From assembly GCF_964213995.1 (NCBI RefSeq), contig NW_027590172.1, forward strand, positions 806,001-870,000: DNA of 64,000 nucleotides. Direction: 5' to 3'. The DNA comes from Mustelus asterias. Taxonomy: Eukaryota. This document shows positions 51,935 through 63,823 of this stretch, one piece after another (the stretch's first letter is position 1; every line of letters starts with the position of its first letter). The position numbers and the translations under genes are program-made. A model generated the notes under the pieces. That model saw nothing but the letters and a program-made list of their open reading frames with translations, did not search any database and was not told the DNA's origin.

Positions 51935-53430
51935 AGTTACAGTCATAGTCATACAGTGCAGAAAACACCCTTCGACCCATGGAGTCTGCACCAACAATAG
52001 CTACCACTAAGCCCCATGCTAATCCCATTTTCCAGCACTTGTCCCATATCCTTATCTGAATGCTATAATATTTCAAGTGCTCATCCAAATACTTTTTAAA
52101 GGTTGTTAAGTTTCCAGCCTCCACTACCTTCCCAGGCAGTTTATTACAGATTCCCACCACCCTCTGATTTTTCTCAACTCTCCTCTGAATCTCTTGCCTG
52201 GCCCCCTAAAACTACATCCCCTCATGATTGACCCCTCAACCAAGGGTTCTACTCACCCGGTCCATATCCTTCATAATCTTATTCACCACAGTCATGTCCC
52301 CCTCAGCCTTCTCTGCTCTAAACACTCCAAACCAATCCAGTCTCCTTATAGCTCAAATGTTCCATCCCAGGCAACATCCTGGTGAATCTCCTCTGTACCC
52401 CCTCCAGTGCAATCACATCCTGTGGGGGGGAGGTTTAACACAGATATCAGAAGGACATATTTCACACAGAGGATCGTGGGGGCCTGGAATGTGTTGCCGG
52501 GCAAGGTGGTGGAGGCGGACACACTGGGAACGTTTAAGACTTATCTAGGCAGCTATATGAACGGAGTGGGAATGGAGAGATACAAAAGAGTGGTCTAGTT
52601 TGGACCCGGGAGCGGCGCGGGCTAATTGTTCCTTGTTTCTCGTTTCAAGGCTTCATTCTATGATCATCTTGCTGGTGCCAGTACAGAGCGAGACTGCGGA
52701 TAGTTGGGAACCTGTCTCGGGGGCAGGGAATTCATATGGTGTTCGTGGAAGTGGAAATGACTATGGTTGGGAAGCATTTTCCGATCGGGGCCATTGTGAT
52801 CTCCTGGACTCGTTTCGATCGCCTCAGGGGGTCGGAGAGGAATTTCCCAGATTTTTTTTTCCCCATATTGGCCCTGGGGTTTTTCACTCTGGGTTTTCGC
52901 CTCTCCCTGGAGATCACATGGTCTGGAATGGGGGGGTGGGGGTGAGTTAATAGGTTGTAATGAACAAAGCATCGTATCTGTGAGGGACAGCTCGGTGGAT
53001 AGGATATTGGTATGTAGATAGGCTGGAAAATTGGGCGGGGATCCTGGATTCAGGATTCAATCCTGGACCGGGGAGCGGCGCGGGCTTGGAGGGCCGAAGG
53101 GCCTGTTCCTGTGCTGTATTGTTCTTTGTTCTTTGTTCCTATAGTGAGGTGACCAGAACTGCGCACAGTACTCCAGCTGTGGCCTAACCAACATTCTGTA
53201 CAGCTCCAACATTATCTCTTTGTTCTTATACTGTATGCCACGACTGATAAAAGCAAGTGTCTCATATGCCTTCTTATTCTATTCATCTGCTCTGCTACCT
53301 TAAGTGAATAAATACCCCAAGATCCATCTGCTCCTCTGATTTTACCTCGTGTCCTTCCATTCATTAATTATTTCTTTGTCTTGTTACTTCTTCCAAAGTG
53401 CATCACTTCACACTTATCAAGGTTAAATAG
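51935..53430 (-). mobile_element. Old CR1 with younger + strand CR1 nested at ~52420-53138
   Basis: KLPGKVVEAG remnants on minus; insert reads RFNTDIRRTYFTQRIVGAWN..YKRVV* with (ttctttg)n tail. Confidence 0.75.
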
Positions 53431-53849
53431 CATATTTTTTTATTAATTTGTGGGACATGGGTGTTGCTCGCTGGCCATCCCTCATTGCCCTTGAGAAGGT
53501 GGTGGTGAGCTACCTTCTTGAATTGCTGCAGTATATGTGCTGTGGGTTTACCTACAATGCGGTTAGGGAGGGAATTCCAGGATTTTGACCCAGTGACTGT
53601 GAAGGAACGGTGAAATATTTCGAAATCTACCAGTGTTCTGCCCATGTGACCAACCCAACTATATCTTGTTGCAACCTACGACAGAGTGGGGTAGACTCTA
53701 AAAGGGCCCTGGGTCTCTGGAATACTCGTCCAGTAACAATCCCACCATGCACATTGGGAGATGTATCAATTGGTTTAATAATTTTATATATTAACCCTCT
53801 AGTTCTGACCGTAATTGGATGACAAAATACAATTTTGTGTTGAAATTAT

Positions 53850-54130
53850 TTCCTTCCTATGGCGGTGCTCTTACCCAGCATTCGCAGCGAGAGAGAATGT
53901 GCCGTATTGTCACAACAGCAGCCGCTTGCGCAGGCGCAGTACCTGATTCCGTGTGGAGCATGCGCTCTGCGGATTTGGACTGGCCCATGCGCAATGTGGA
54001 TGCTGGAGCTGCAGGGAGGCGGGGAAGTGGGTGCAGAGGCTTCAGAAACAGACCGGAAGGACACTTATACTCCAGCCAATCAGTGGGTGGGCTTTGTGAC
54101 ATTGGAGGTTGAGCTTCACACCGACTGAAC
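53850..54130 (+). promoter_or_regulatory. Orphan ZNF-family-type CpG promoter
   Basis: atggcgg (YY1-like), ttacccagcattcgcagcg (ZNF143-like), NRF1-like x3, ccggaag, ccaat; possible donor gtgagt at 54153. Confidence 0.65.
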
Positions 54131-54191
54131 CTTCTTCCTGTGTCCCACATCTGTGAGTAAAACAGTTTGTTTGTGTTGCAGATAAAGTCAT

Positions 54192-54511
54192 GATGTGGAG
54201 ATGCCGGCGTTGGACTGGGGTGAACACAGTAAGAAGTCTCACAACACCAGGTTAAAGTCCAACAGGTTTGTTTGGTAGCAAATACCATAAGCTTTCGGAG
54301 CGCTGCTCCTTCGTCAGATGGAGTGGAAATGTGCTCTCAAACAGTGCAAAGAGACACAAAATCAAGTTGCAGAATACTGATTAGAATGCGAATCCCTACA
54401 GCCAGCCAGGTCTTAAAGGTACAGACAATGTGGATGGAGGGAGCATTAAACACAGGTTAAAGAGATGTGTATTGTCTCCAGACAGAGGTTGTTCTGTCTG
54501 GAGACAATACA
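54192..54511 (-). mobile_element. Penelope-like pLTR fragment
   Basis: gatgtggagatgccggcgttggactggggt... family terminus; short inverted end at 54490-54511. Confidence 0.82.
54285..54321 (-). ncRNA. Minimal type I hammerhead ribozyme motif
   Basis: ccat CTGACGA a ggagc agc gctcc GAAA gct T atgg; stem I covaries (cat/atg vs cac/gtg in other copies). Confidence 0.72.
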
Positions 54512-55050
54512 AAATATTGGTAAGGCCACAGTTGGAATACTTTGTGCAGTTCTGGTCACCCTATTATAGGAAGGGTATTATTAATCTTGAAAGAGTGCAG
54601 AAAAGATTTACTCGGATGCTACCAGGACTTGATGGTTTAAATTATAATGAGTGGTTGGATAGATTGGGGCTTTTTATTTCTGGAGCGTAGGAGGCTGAGT
54701 GGTGATCTTACAGAGGTCTATAAAATAATGAGGGGCACAGATCAGCTAGATAGTAAATATATTTTCCCAAAGGTAGGGGAGTCTGAAACTAGAGGGCATA
54801 AGATTAAGGTGAGAGGGGAGAGATATAAAGGGGTCCAGAGGGGTAATTCTTTCACACAGAGGGTGGTGAGTGTCTGGAACAAGCTGCCAGACAGTCTTTT
54901 CAAAAGTGCATAGAGAGTTAAATGGCTATCGAGGGTAATGGGCCAAACACGGGCAATTAGGACGAGCTTTGTCGTTAAAAAGGGCGGCATTGACATGTTG
55001 GGCCGAAGGGCCTGTTTGCATGCTTATACCTCTGTGACTCTATGACTCTA
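54512..55050 (+). mobile_element. CR1 3' part
   Basis: LVRPQLEYFVQFWSPYY; (actctatg)n tail. Confidence 0.8.
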
Positions 55051-55888
55051 TCTCACCTTCCTGATTCTCCCAGATACTGATTCCAGATGAGTCAGCCTCC
55101 GATTTAAATGGATGAAGGAGATATCATTATGCTATGTTGTCAAATGCGATTGGCTGAGCAACTTGTCAGGAATTATTATTGATGTATGTTTACTGAACGT
55201 AATTGATTCTGAAACTAATATGAGGTCGGAACGATCGGTACGAAAATCTATAATTGATCTGTTATTGATGGTACACGTTAGATGCATCGGAAAGATCCTG
55301 CCGCTCGGTTCCAGAGCGACTTAACCCTTTTGGTCATCTCCAAGCAGCTGATAGTTCTGTTTTTGTTTTAAATAAATGTTCCGTCCTTACACAGAGATAT
55401 CTGCCACGTGAGTTTTATATTGTCTGTAGTTAAATACAGTATTGGTCATCTCAAATTATCCCATAGCACTCGCCTTAATTTGGAAATTTGTAATCTATTA
55501 TGTGCTTATGTGAAATGCACCTCAGTCTCTTGGTTTCACCTCATGGTTTGCACCTCTGCTCTGTATGTGTTCTCTATCTAGCTTGTGGCATGTCTGCCTT
55601 GTAAGTATTCCATCGGACGAAATATAGAGAGATTCACACTGTTGACCCACGCTGCAGCGACACTGATAGTTTTTTTAAGGGGCAGTGTAAAGGAAACTAT
55701 CTTCTGCCACACACTGTCCTGCATCGGCCTCTGATGAAACAGAGCCTTTGCTTTTTAGAATTACCTGAAACTCGGTCAGTGACAGACCAGTTTATGAGTG
55801 AAATCACCGAGGTTCTTCTCATTCTTCACTCGCTCTGTCTCTGGATTTTATCATAAAAAGGCAGAGATGAAGGTGTCTTTATACGGAT

Positions 55889-55907
55889 TGGCCACTGGGT
55901 GGCGCAG
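55889..55907 (+). promoter_or_regulatory. Putative CTCF site just 3' of the IgM gene
   Basis: TGGCCACTGGGTGGCGCAG vs consensus TGGCCACCAGGGGGCGCTA. Confidence 0.45.
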
Positions 55908-56069
55908 TGACTCTTTCACTGAACGGCCTTGAGTTCAAACAGAGGACTGGGGGAACAGACATGTCTGGGAAAGAGGGGAAACCGTATAATATGGAATATG
56001 GGGCGGAGTTGATGGGCTTTGGAAAACGGAATTAAGCCAAGCCAGAGATGGTTAAATTTTCATTCAATA

Positions 56070-56075
56070 TTTATT
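56070..56075 (-). terminator. Candidate poly(A) signal of membrane IgM mRNA
   Basis: AATAAA on minus strand ~450 nt after TM2 stop. Confidence 0.5.
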
Positions 56076-56527
56076 TTAAAAATTCAGAGAATATTTTACA
56101 GCGACATTATTTTTTAAAGTTAGAAAAGTGAATTTAACGATCGAGCTTCACATTGAGAACACAACACATGCACAGGGAATCCGTCAATATTTGTACATCT
56201 GTTACATACACCAGAAAGAGAAAACAGGACCTTAATAGAAAGAGGAATTAACAAATATGGATAAGGAATGAGAAAAGTTTCTTATTTATACATGATATTT
56301 AAACTATGGGGAAACTGTTAACCACAATTACATTATAACAAAAAATGCCTCGTGCTTTTCACTCTGAAAACTGAAATACCGTCTATGATTGTCTCAGTTA
56401 CAGATTCAAAATGATAAACTGAGAGAATTTTACTGATAGAGTCACCAAGAGTAGATATTGTATTTCTGTCATACGGAGATCATAATAATCAGCTGAGGGA
56501 AATCTGCAGCTTCCAAAATTCAACCCA

Positions 56528-56536
56528 TCACTTGAT
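56528..56536 (-). CDS. IGHM: IgM heavy chain TM2 exon (IK*)
   Basis: tctttcttttacAG|atc aag tga. Confidence 0.82.
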   Translation of the reverse strand: MK

Positions 56537-56672
56537 CTGTAAAAGAAAGATACAATAATGAAGCAGTTGTTTATGATGCGGGATATTAAAGTTAGAGTTT
56601 TTAATGGAACATTGAGAGATTTTTCAAATCCATTCTGTCAGTTTGATATGTGAGTGCATTCAATCATCTCAC

Positions 56673-56800
56673 CTTCACCAGAGTGACCGCAGTGCTGTAG
56701 AAAATGCTCAGGAAGAACAGGACAATGAATGTGGAAGCCGTTGTCCAGATGTTACTGTTATCATCCTCATTGTCTTCAATCCAGATGCGGTCGGTGGAGT
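56673..56800 (-). CDS. IGHM: IgM heavy chain TM1 exon
   Basis: ccctAG|(D)STDRIWIEDNEDDNSNIWTTASTFIVLFFLSIFYSTAVTLVK|GTgag; CART motif. Confidence 0.93.
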
Positions 56801-57675
56801 CTAGGGGACGGAGACCAGGATATGAAATTAGATTACTTTGTTTATCCAGGTAATCTTATTGTTATTTTTCTTTTCCCCGTTCTCCTTTTTAAACTGTTCA
56901 TTTATTCTTGAACCTAATTTTCAATGTATACCTACTCTTAAGCTCAGGGCACTCAGTAACCGATCTCCGTAACTATTTTCACACCTGATCTTTATTGACA
57001 TTCCTTGGACAGTCCATGTCAGAAAGCACTGAAGATGTTTTCTTGAAAATCAGTTGATTTTTTGACAATTCGGAACTATCACCTATTGAAGAGTATTATC
57101 ACTGATATCGAGGAACGTTCACTGATCAATGATTGTTTTCACAGATGGTTACTGATCTGTAAACTGTGAATGTTGTTGTTTAAGAGTTGGGATGTAATTT
57201 CCGATCTGTGCTTCTTTATGGTGGAAATATTTAGTAGATCGTGAGCTTAATTCAGTTTCTCAGCGTGTTTATATGTTCATTGTACATTGGGATAATAAAT
57301 CTGTGGATATCTCCATTAAAAAGTCACGTTTAAATTGTACTTTCATCATTTGCCTACCGTTTGTATTGAAGATTTTGCATTTGTGTGCGTGTGCATGAGC
57401 ATCTCGTGCTCTGCATTAATCTTTGGCTCTGAGTTAATATGTGATTATGAGTGTTAATGTGCGCGTTCATTTGCCTGTGATTGTTGATTTGTGTAGTTGT
57501 GTGTCTGCATCTGTGCGCATATTTTATTCTTTTGTCATTGTGTATATATGACTCTATTATTATGTGAAGTCGATGAATATATATTAATGCCATTCTTAAT
57601 GCGTGCACATGTGTTTATGCCTATTGCTCTGTGTTAATTTCTGTCACTCTAGTAATGTTTGTTTCCCTTTCTGTG

Positions 57676-57800
57676 GAGTTGCCGGCGTTGGACTGGGGTC
57701 GGCACAGTAAGTAGTCTCACAACACCAGGTTAAAGTCCAACAGGTTTATTTGGTTGCACGAGCTTTCGGAGCGTTGCCCCATCATCAGGTGACTACTTAC
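57676..57800 (-). mobile_element. Penelope-like pLTR fragment with 16-bp TSD
   Basis: tgtttccctttctgtg at 57660-57675 and 57801-57816. Confidence 0.82.
57757..57791 (-). ncRNA. Minimal type I hammerhead ribozyme motif, sense to IgM pre-mRNA
   Basis: cac CTGATGA t ggggc aac gctcc GAAA gct C gtg. Confidence 0.68.
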
Positions 57801-58382
57801 TGTTTCCCTTTCTGTGTGCGTCTGTTTCTCCATGTGTCTGTGTGCACGCCTGTTAACATGTCAGTGTATGTATACACGTGTTGACATTCTTTATAACGGT
57901 GCGTTGATGTTTATTTGTGTATCGATGTGTAGTAATGTGTGCTATGGTGTTCTGTTCTATGAACATGTTAATGTTTGCGTCTACATGTTTGTGTGTAAAT
58001 GTTTTGCTGTCTGTTCTTCTGTATGCAGTCTGGTGATTTGTTTATATGTATTTCCATATATGTGTGTGAATGTGTATAACATTGTGTGTCTTTATATCTA
58101 TATTCCTATCAGCGTGAACGTGTGCTAATATATGTATTTATTTGAGTCTAAGTATGTGCTTGTGTATTTATGTGGGTCTGCATGCGTGTGTATCTGTCTG
58201 TATTGTGTCTATGCATGTATGTGTTTGTGTTTGGGTCTGTACCTACTCACGTATGTGTATGTGTATGTACTTGTGTGTTTCATGTGTACATGTGTGCGTT
58301 TGTACATATTTGATTATGTATGTGTATGTTGTTGTTTTAGTGTCTGTTTGTACAAGAGCGCGTGTCTATGTGTTCGTATGTG

Positions 58383-58800
58383 AGTTTAGAAGGATGAGGG
58401 GTGATCTTATAGAGACATATAAGATAATGAAGGGGCTGGATAGGGTAGAGGTGGCGAGATTCTTTCCACTTAGAAGGGAAACCAGAACTAGAGGGCACAG
58501 CCTCAAAATAAGGGGGGGCCGGTTCAGAACAGAGTTGAGGGGGAACTTCTTCTCTCAGAGGGTAGTGAATCTCTGGAATTCTCTGCCCATTGAAGTGGTG
58601 GAGGCTTCCTCGTTGAATATGCTTAAATCACGGGTAGATAGTTTTCTGATCGATAAGGGAATTAGGGGATATGCGGAGCAGGCGGGTAAGTGGAACTGAT
58701 TCGCGTCAGATCAGCCATGATCTTGTTGAATGGCGGGGCAGGCTCGAAGGGCCAGATGGCCTACTCCTGCTCCTATTTCTTATGTTCTTATGTTCTTATG
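58383..58800 (+). mobile_element. 5'-truncated CR1
   Basis: EFRRMRGDLIETYK...GKWN*; (ttcttatg)n tail. Confidence 0.88.
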
Positions 58801-58823
58801 TGTGTGTGTGTGTGCGTGTGTGC

Positions 58824-58855
<32 letters not shown>

Positions 58856-60386
58856 AAGAGAGAGAGAGAATGGGTGTGTCCCTATGTATATTTGTGTACG
58901 GATGTGTTTGTGTCTGGGTGTATTTTTGTGTGGGTGTATTTGTGTAAGTGTGTATTTTTGTTTGTGCATGTTTTGCCCATGAGTGCATTTGTGTGTGCAT
59001 TCTTGTTTCTCTGCATGTGTGTTCGTCTGTGCAAGTATTGAGTGTACCTATGGTGTGTGAAAGTGTATCTGTTGTGTACTTGTGTGTTTCTGTGTCTGTA
59101 TTTGAATGTGCCTGTCCCTATTTCTGTATATGTATGTGTGTGGGGGTATATGCATGCGTTGTGTGTGTATATTTACATGTGTCTTTCTGTATTTGTGTGC
59201 ATATGTGTGAGTATGTGTATTTGTGTGTGTAGTTGTGCATTTGTGTCGATGTGTGTGTGTGTATGTGTGTGAGTGTGTGTATTTATAATTGTGACAGTTT
59301 TGTGGAGTATTGTCAGTGTGTGTATTTTTTAGCTGTTGCTCCAAGTTTCACCGCAATCATTAACTGAAAATGATCCAAACAATACGAATAATGGAGCATA
59401 TTTTCAATGTTTTGCTGTATGAATGTAGTTTATGTGAGTGGCACGGAGATATCAGGAGAACGAATGAAATCATTCATTGATGCATCTCAGAAACATCAGG
59501 GACAGAACAGTAAAAACCGGGGAGGATTCAACCATTTGTTTCAATTTGCATTATGGGAAATCAATGCCAGGACATGATTAACAGGAACAAGAGTGCAGAA
59601 ACATTTTAAAATTATGTTGCATAAGTATATATGCATCACATTGATTAGGATAATGATACTTCAAACTCTGCAGCAAATAAGCCAGAAGCTAATTTGTACT
59701 GTTGGCAACTGGGTTCTTCTCGTAGAGAGCTGGTCCCTTCCAAACACGTTACTTGCGAAGAGGGAGGAGAGTGAGCTCATAATTTCCCTCTCTCTACCCG
59801 GTGAAGCAATGTGCCTGATGGTTCTAACCACTGACGAGGTGGAGGTGAGTGGATTAAATAATGACATTCCTCCTCTTTTCATTGAGGAAGTGGTGGTACA
59901 TGGGTTAGCTGCTGCTCCTCCCCTCTCTTTGTTGGGTGAGTAGGAATCCGGTATGTTCACAATTTCACTCTCCCCTCTCTCTGATGGGGGGGATTGTTGC
60001 TCCATGTTTGTGTGTGACCCTCACTTCAGTTCTCAGTGGGTGTGGTGCAGCAGCTTAAAGCTGACATCAATGGTAAAGGCATGGACAATGAGAGAAGCAG
60101 GAACACCGAGATCTAAATTGTGTTTGTTTGTCAGAAATGTTGAAATTGTCAGATTTCTCCTCAGTGGGAGGAAAGTCGGTGAAGATATTTTGCAGAATCC
60201 TGTAATGAATGTGCTCTACTCTGTCTCTAACCCAGGGTGTATCTGAGCTGGGTGCACTGGTTCAACAAGGCTTGGGCCCGAGACGTGAAAATACCTGACT
60301 CAAACCAAAGATACATAGTGGAAGTAAAATTGAAAACCAATCAATTAAGCAATTGGGTATTTCATTTATCGTTGGAGGAAAAAGAT

Positions 60387-60401
60387 TTTATTCTTTTTAT
60401 T
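60387..60401 (-). terminator. Poly(A) signals of secreted IgM mRNA
   Basis: Two AATAAA hexamers on minus strand 28-42 nt after the secretory stop. Confidence 0.75.
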
Positions 60402-60428
60402 GAAGTTTTTAATGTAACCGAGTGATTC

Positions 60429-60820
60429 TCATTGACATGAATTAACGGTGTCCATCAGTGCAAGGGAAATGTTCACAAAACTGGGTTTACCGCTGGATTT
60501 GTCAACTGTTCTGTTGATGATCTTCAAGGGGATGGCTTCATGTCCCACCACACAGGAGTAAGAAGCGCCGCTGGACCATTCCTCTGCTGCAATGGATAAC
60601 AGACTGTACATGAAGAAGGAGCTATTCCCGCTCTCCGCGACCACCTCGGTGTTCTTATAGTTCCCAGGATTCACCGGCTTGTCGTTGACGGTCCACTTGA
60701 CGAAGATCTCTCGAGGGGAGAAACGTCTCACTAAGCAGCTGAGGGAGACGAATCTCTGAGCGGAGACTTCTTCTGCCGAGGGCAAGAGGACAGAGACGAA
60801 CGGTTCCCGCGGATTTGGAT
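60429..60820 (-). CDS. IGHM: IgM heavy chain CH4 + secretory tailpiece
   Basis: ctgcAG|(D)[14 protein letters not shown]...SCLV...W...[11 protein letters not shown]...[24 protein letters not shown]; internal donor G|GTAAA at 60491/60490; NIS sequon and penultimate Cys. Confidence 0.96.
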
Positions 60821-61321
60821 CTGCAGAAAATGTACAATAAATGTCAATAAACTGGAGAATTCTGGAGACAATGAAACTGCTGGCTAGATATAAGAAAAAT
60901 GTGCTTCATTTCGATTTTAAATGTTTCCATTTTTGACTTCCAGTTTGGAGCAGAGGTGAACACAATTATTTTCTCAAATAACTCAGGGGGCTGGACTGGG
61001 AAGTTTCAGAAATTTTACAGCACAGAATCAGGCTATTCGGCCCAACTGATCGGCTTTATTTTTGGTTTTCTGGTTTTTATGCTCCACATCAGGCTCCTCC
61101 CTCGTTATTCGATCTCAACCCAATAACATCGCCTTCAGTTCACTTTTCATTCATCAACACATCAAATTTCCCCGTAAAAATATCTACAACCCCCAGTTTT
61201 TAGTTAGTGGAGTTTCCACTCAGGGGACACCATTAATGCACTGAATACTGAATATTGACCAGTACACTGACACTGGAAATAGACACAGTGACGCATTTAT
61301 TGCTTCAATTTCTCAGCTCAC

Positions 61322-61630
61322 CTGTTTCCTTGTGGATGGATTTTCTTAAAGGAGTCGGCAGATCCTGATGGCTCACCACGCAGTCAAACACAGCCGCACT
61401 CAGCCAGGCTTGTGTCGAGATGTTTAAGTTGCTGACCACGCTGTCAGGATTCGCTCCTGGCTTTTCGGCAATCTCTGATTTCAAATACTTCCTGTCTCGG
61501 ATCCAGGACACATTGACTCCATAAGGAGCATGAGAAATGATGCAGGTTAAGGTCACGGTCGCCTCCAGTAAGACCTGTTCTATTGGTGGTGGCTGTATCG
61601 TCACTGTGGTATCAGGGCACTGGGGAGGAT
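61322..61630 (-). CDS. IGHM: IgM heavy chain CH3 exon
   Basis: tcacAG|(D)[29 protein letters not shown]...W...[22 protein letters not shown]|GTgag. Confidence 0.95.
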
Positions 61631-62074
61631 CTGTGAATGAAAAATGAAAATCAACCCTAGTTCCCTCTTCAGAAGCAGGACAGCAGTCTTCAGCCTGAAG
61701 GAGACGAAGTTGCCTTCGATATATCAACCTCTAACTATCACCTTTCAACCTCTATGGAGGATGGAAAACCAGCCTGCTCTGTGAAATTATTCTCTTTTTG
61801 TTCAAGTATTTTAGCAGCGGTTTCATTCTCATGAATCAACATTGCAGTATTCCCCAACAAATATACCATTCCTGAACTCAGGATCCAAGTACTGGCAGTT
61901 AGTTTATAAGTAGGGTGGATACACTTCCCAATATTTTACCCCTATGCTGTGACCTGTGAAACAGTCCGACACCGACTCTCTCTCCAAATCTTACCAGCTG
62001 TCTCAGGAAAAAGCTGACATCAAGACCACCTCGCTTACTGTGTTACTTCAAAATTGAAGGGAACACTATTTCAA

Positions 62075-62390
62075 GGGGAGACAGTGGCATGGTGGTGTTG
62101 CCAATTGTCTTGTAACCCAGGGCACGACTCTGGGGACACAGATTCGGATCTCACCACTGCAGGTGGTGAAATTTGAATTTAGTAAAAATCTATAATTAAA
62201 AGTCAAATGATCATCATGAAGCCATTGTTGTAAAAACCCACCTGGTTCACGAATGCCCTTTAGAAAAGTAAATCTGCTGTCTTTATCTGGCCTGGCATGC
62301 ATGTGACTCCAGATCCACAGCAATGTGGTTGACACTTAAGTGCCCTCAGGGATGGGAAATAAATGCACATCTCATGAAGGAATAACAAAA
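62075..62390 (+). mobile_element. DeuSINE-like SINE in CH2-CH3 intron
   Basis: Homologous to 34389-34775. Confidence 0.68.
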
Positions 62391-62550
62391 ATTGCTGTTG
62401 TGATGAAATTCTGAATGGGGCACTGTCCTAATGCAGCAAACCACATGACAGCAAATTAGAAGTTGTTCTATCTTTGTACTAACTTTAATAGATCCCTAAT
62501 TTCGATTAACATCGGAATGGTATATTTTATCCTCGGTTTGAGTCTCTTAC

Positions 62551-62862
62551 CCAGAGATCCGCTGATGTTCTGACTCTGGGTGAATCCTTGATGAGTGACC
62601 TGGCAGGTATAGACTACTTTGCTGAACCATTCCTGAGCGGAGACTGTCAGCCGACTGCTGGCCGAGAAGTTCCCGTTCACTTCACAGGCGGGAGAGGTGA
62701 CAATTCCTGAATCCATGGGTTGTCCATTCTTCAGCCACTTCACCGTCATTAACTTTGGCTGGAAATCGATGATTGAACAGACGATGGTTGCAAATTTTCT
62801 GCTGGTGATTTCTTCACTGGAACTCACGGTGAGGATAACGGTTGGGGGGAGAATGCGTGGGC
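62551..62862 (-). CDS. IGHM: IgM heavy chain CH2 exon
   Basis: ttgaAG|(C)[14 protein letters not shown]...[10 protein letters not shown]...WLKNG...YTCQVTH...ISGSL|GTaag. Confidence 0.95.
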
Positions 62863-62949
62863 CTTCAACAAACAAATGTTCAGACGTTACTTGAAGATTC
62901 AATTGACATCAATTAAAATTAGTTCTTTTATTTGAGCACCATAGCTGCC

Positions 62950-63680
62950 GATTTGAGAATCATATCCATGGTTTGGTTGAATTGGCAGGGAAATGGCGAA
63001 TGGAATTCAACCGTCAAAAGCGCCACACAATGCATTTGGGGAGGGAAAACAAAGCAAGGCAATAAACTGGAATGTTAAGAGGGATTGAGGAAATGCAAGA
63101 CCTTAGAGAGCACGTCCACAGGTCCTTGTAGATGGTAGGGCAGCTGGAAAAGTTGATCAAGAAAGCATATCGGATTAGTTCCTCTATTATGTGAGATATT
63201 GAATGCAAAAACAGTGATACAATGATGGAGCTGCATAAAACGCTAGTTAGGCCACGTGTACAGTTCTGGTCACCACGTTGCAGGAATAACGTAATGACTC
63301 TGGAGAGAGATGAGGTTTACAAGAATGTTGCCAGGGACTGAAAATTCCCGCCATGAGGCGAGATTGGATAGGGAGGGTTTGTTCTCTTTAGGAAAAGAGG
63401 AGGCTGAGGCGTGACATAATTGTGGTTCACAACAAAAATAAGGGACGTAGGCAAAAATAATTCATTCCCCAAGTGGAGGGCTCAATTACCAGGGAGCAAG
63501 GTCATTTAAAAGGCATCTGGGTCTGCATCTCAAGTGCTTTAAGCTGCAATGCTACGGAGCAAGGGCTGGAAAATAGGCTTACTTTGTCAGGCTCGTTTAT
63601 TTGTTCTCCCTTTTGGCCAGCACAGACATGATGGGCTAAATGGCCTCATGCTGCACAGTAACATTTCTGTTGTTCTTTGG
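62950..63680 (+). mobile_element. Old CR1 in CH1-CH2 intron
   Basis: WQGNGEWN.., MELHKTLVRP, VQFWSP remnants; CR1-type tail. Confidence 0.65.
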
Positions 63681-63823
63681 TTCTGAGCAACTTTTCAGTC
63701 AGGAGGCACTTACCTGGATTTTGCATAATTCAATTTTTCAGAGTGCTACAGATCAGTTATAACTAAAGCCTTATACAGTTCAATCAGAGCGTTCCTGTCT
63801 TGCCCAAGTTCCACAACACTTAC

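Larger units (their letters stand above)
57350..59330. repeat. Degenerate (TG)n-rich low-complexity tract in CH4-TM intron
   Basis: Cryptic TG/TA dinucleotide sequence; pure (TG)n(AG)n at 58800-58870; interrupted by PLE (57676-57800) and CR1 (58383-58800). Confidence 0.85.

Noticed and set aside
57350-59330. TG-rich tract as an Ig switch region, or its Cys/Val-rich ORFs as genes
   Set aside because: Lies 3' of CH4, lacks AGCT-rich switch repeats; ORFs are dinucleotide artefacts
61284-61320. CACAGTG heptamers (also ~16462 and ~49360) as recombination signal sequences
   Set aside because: No nonamer at 12/23 spacing; V, D and J segments would lie beyond position 64000
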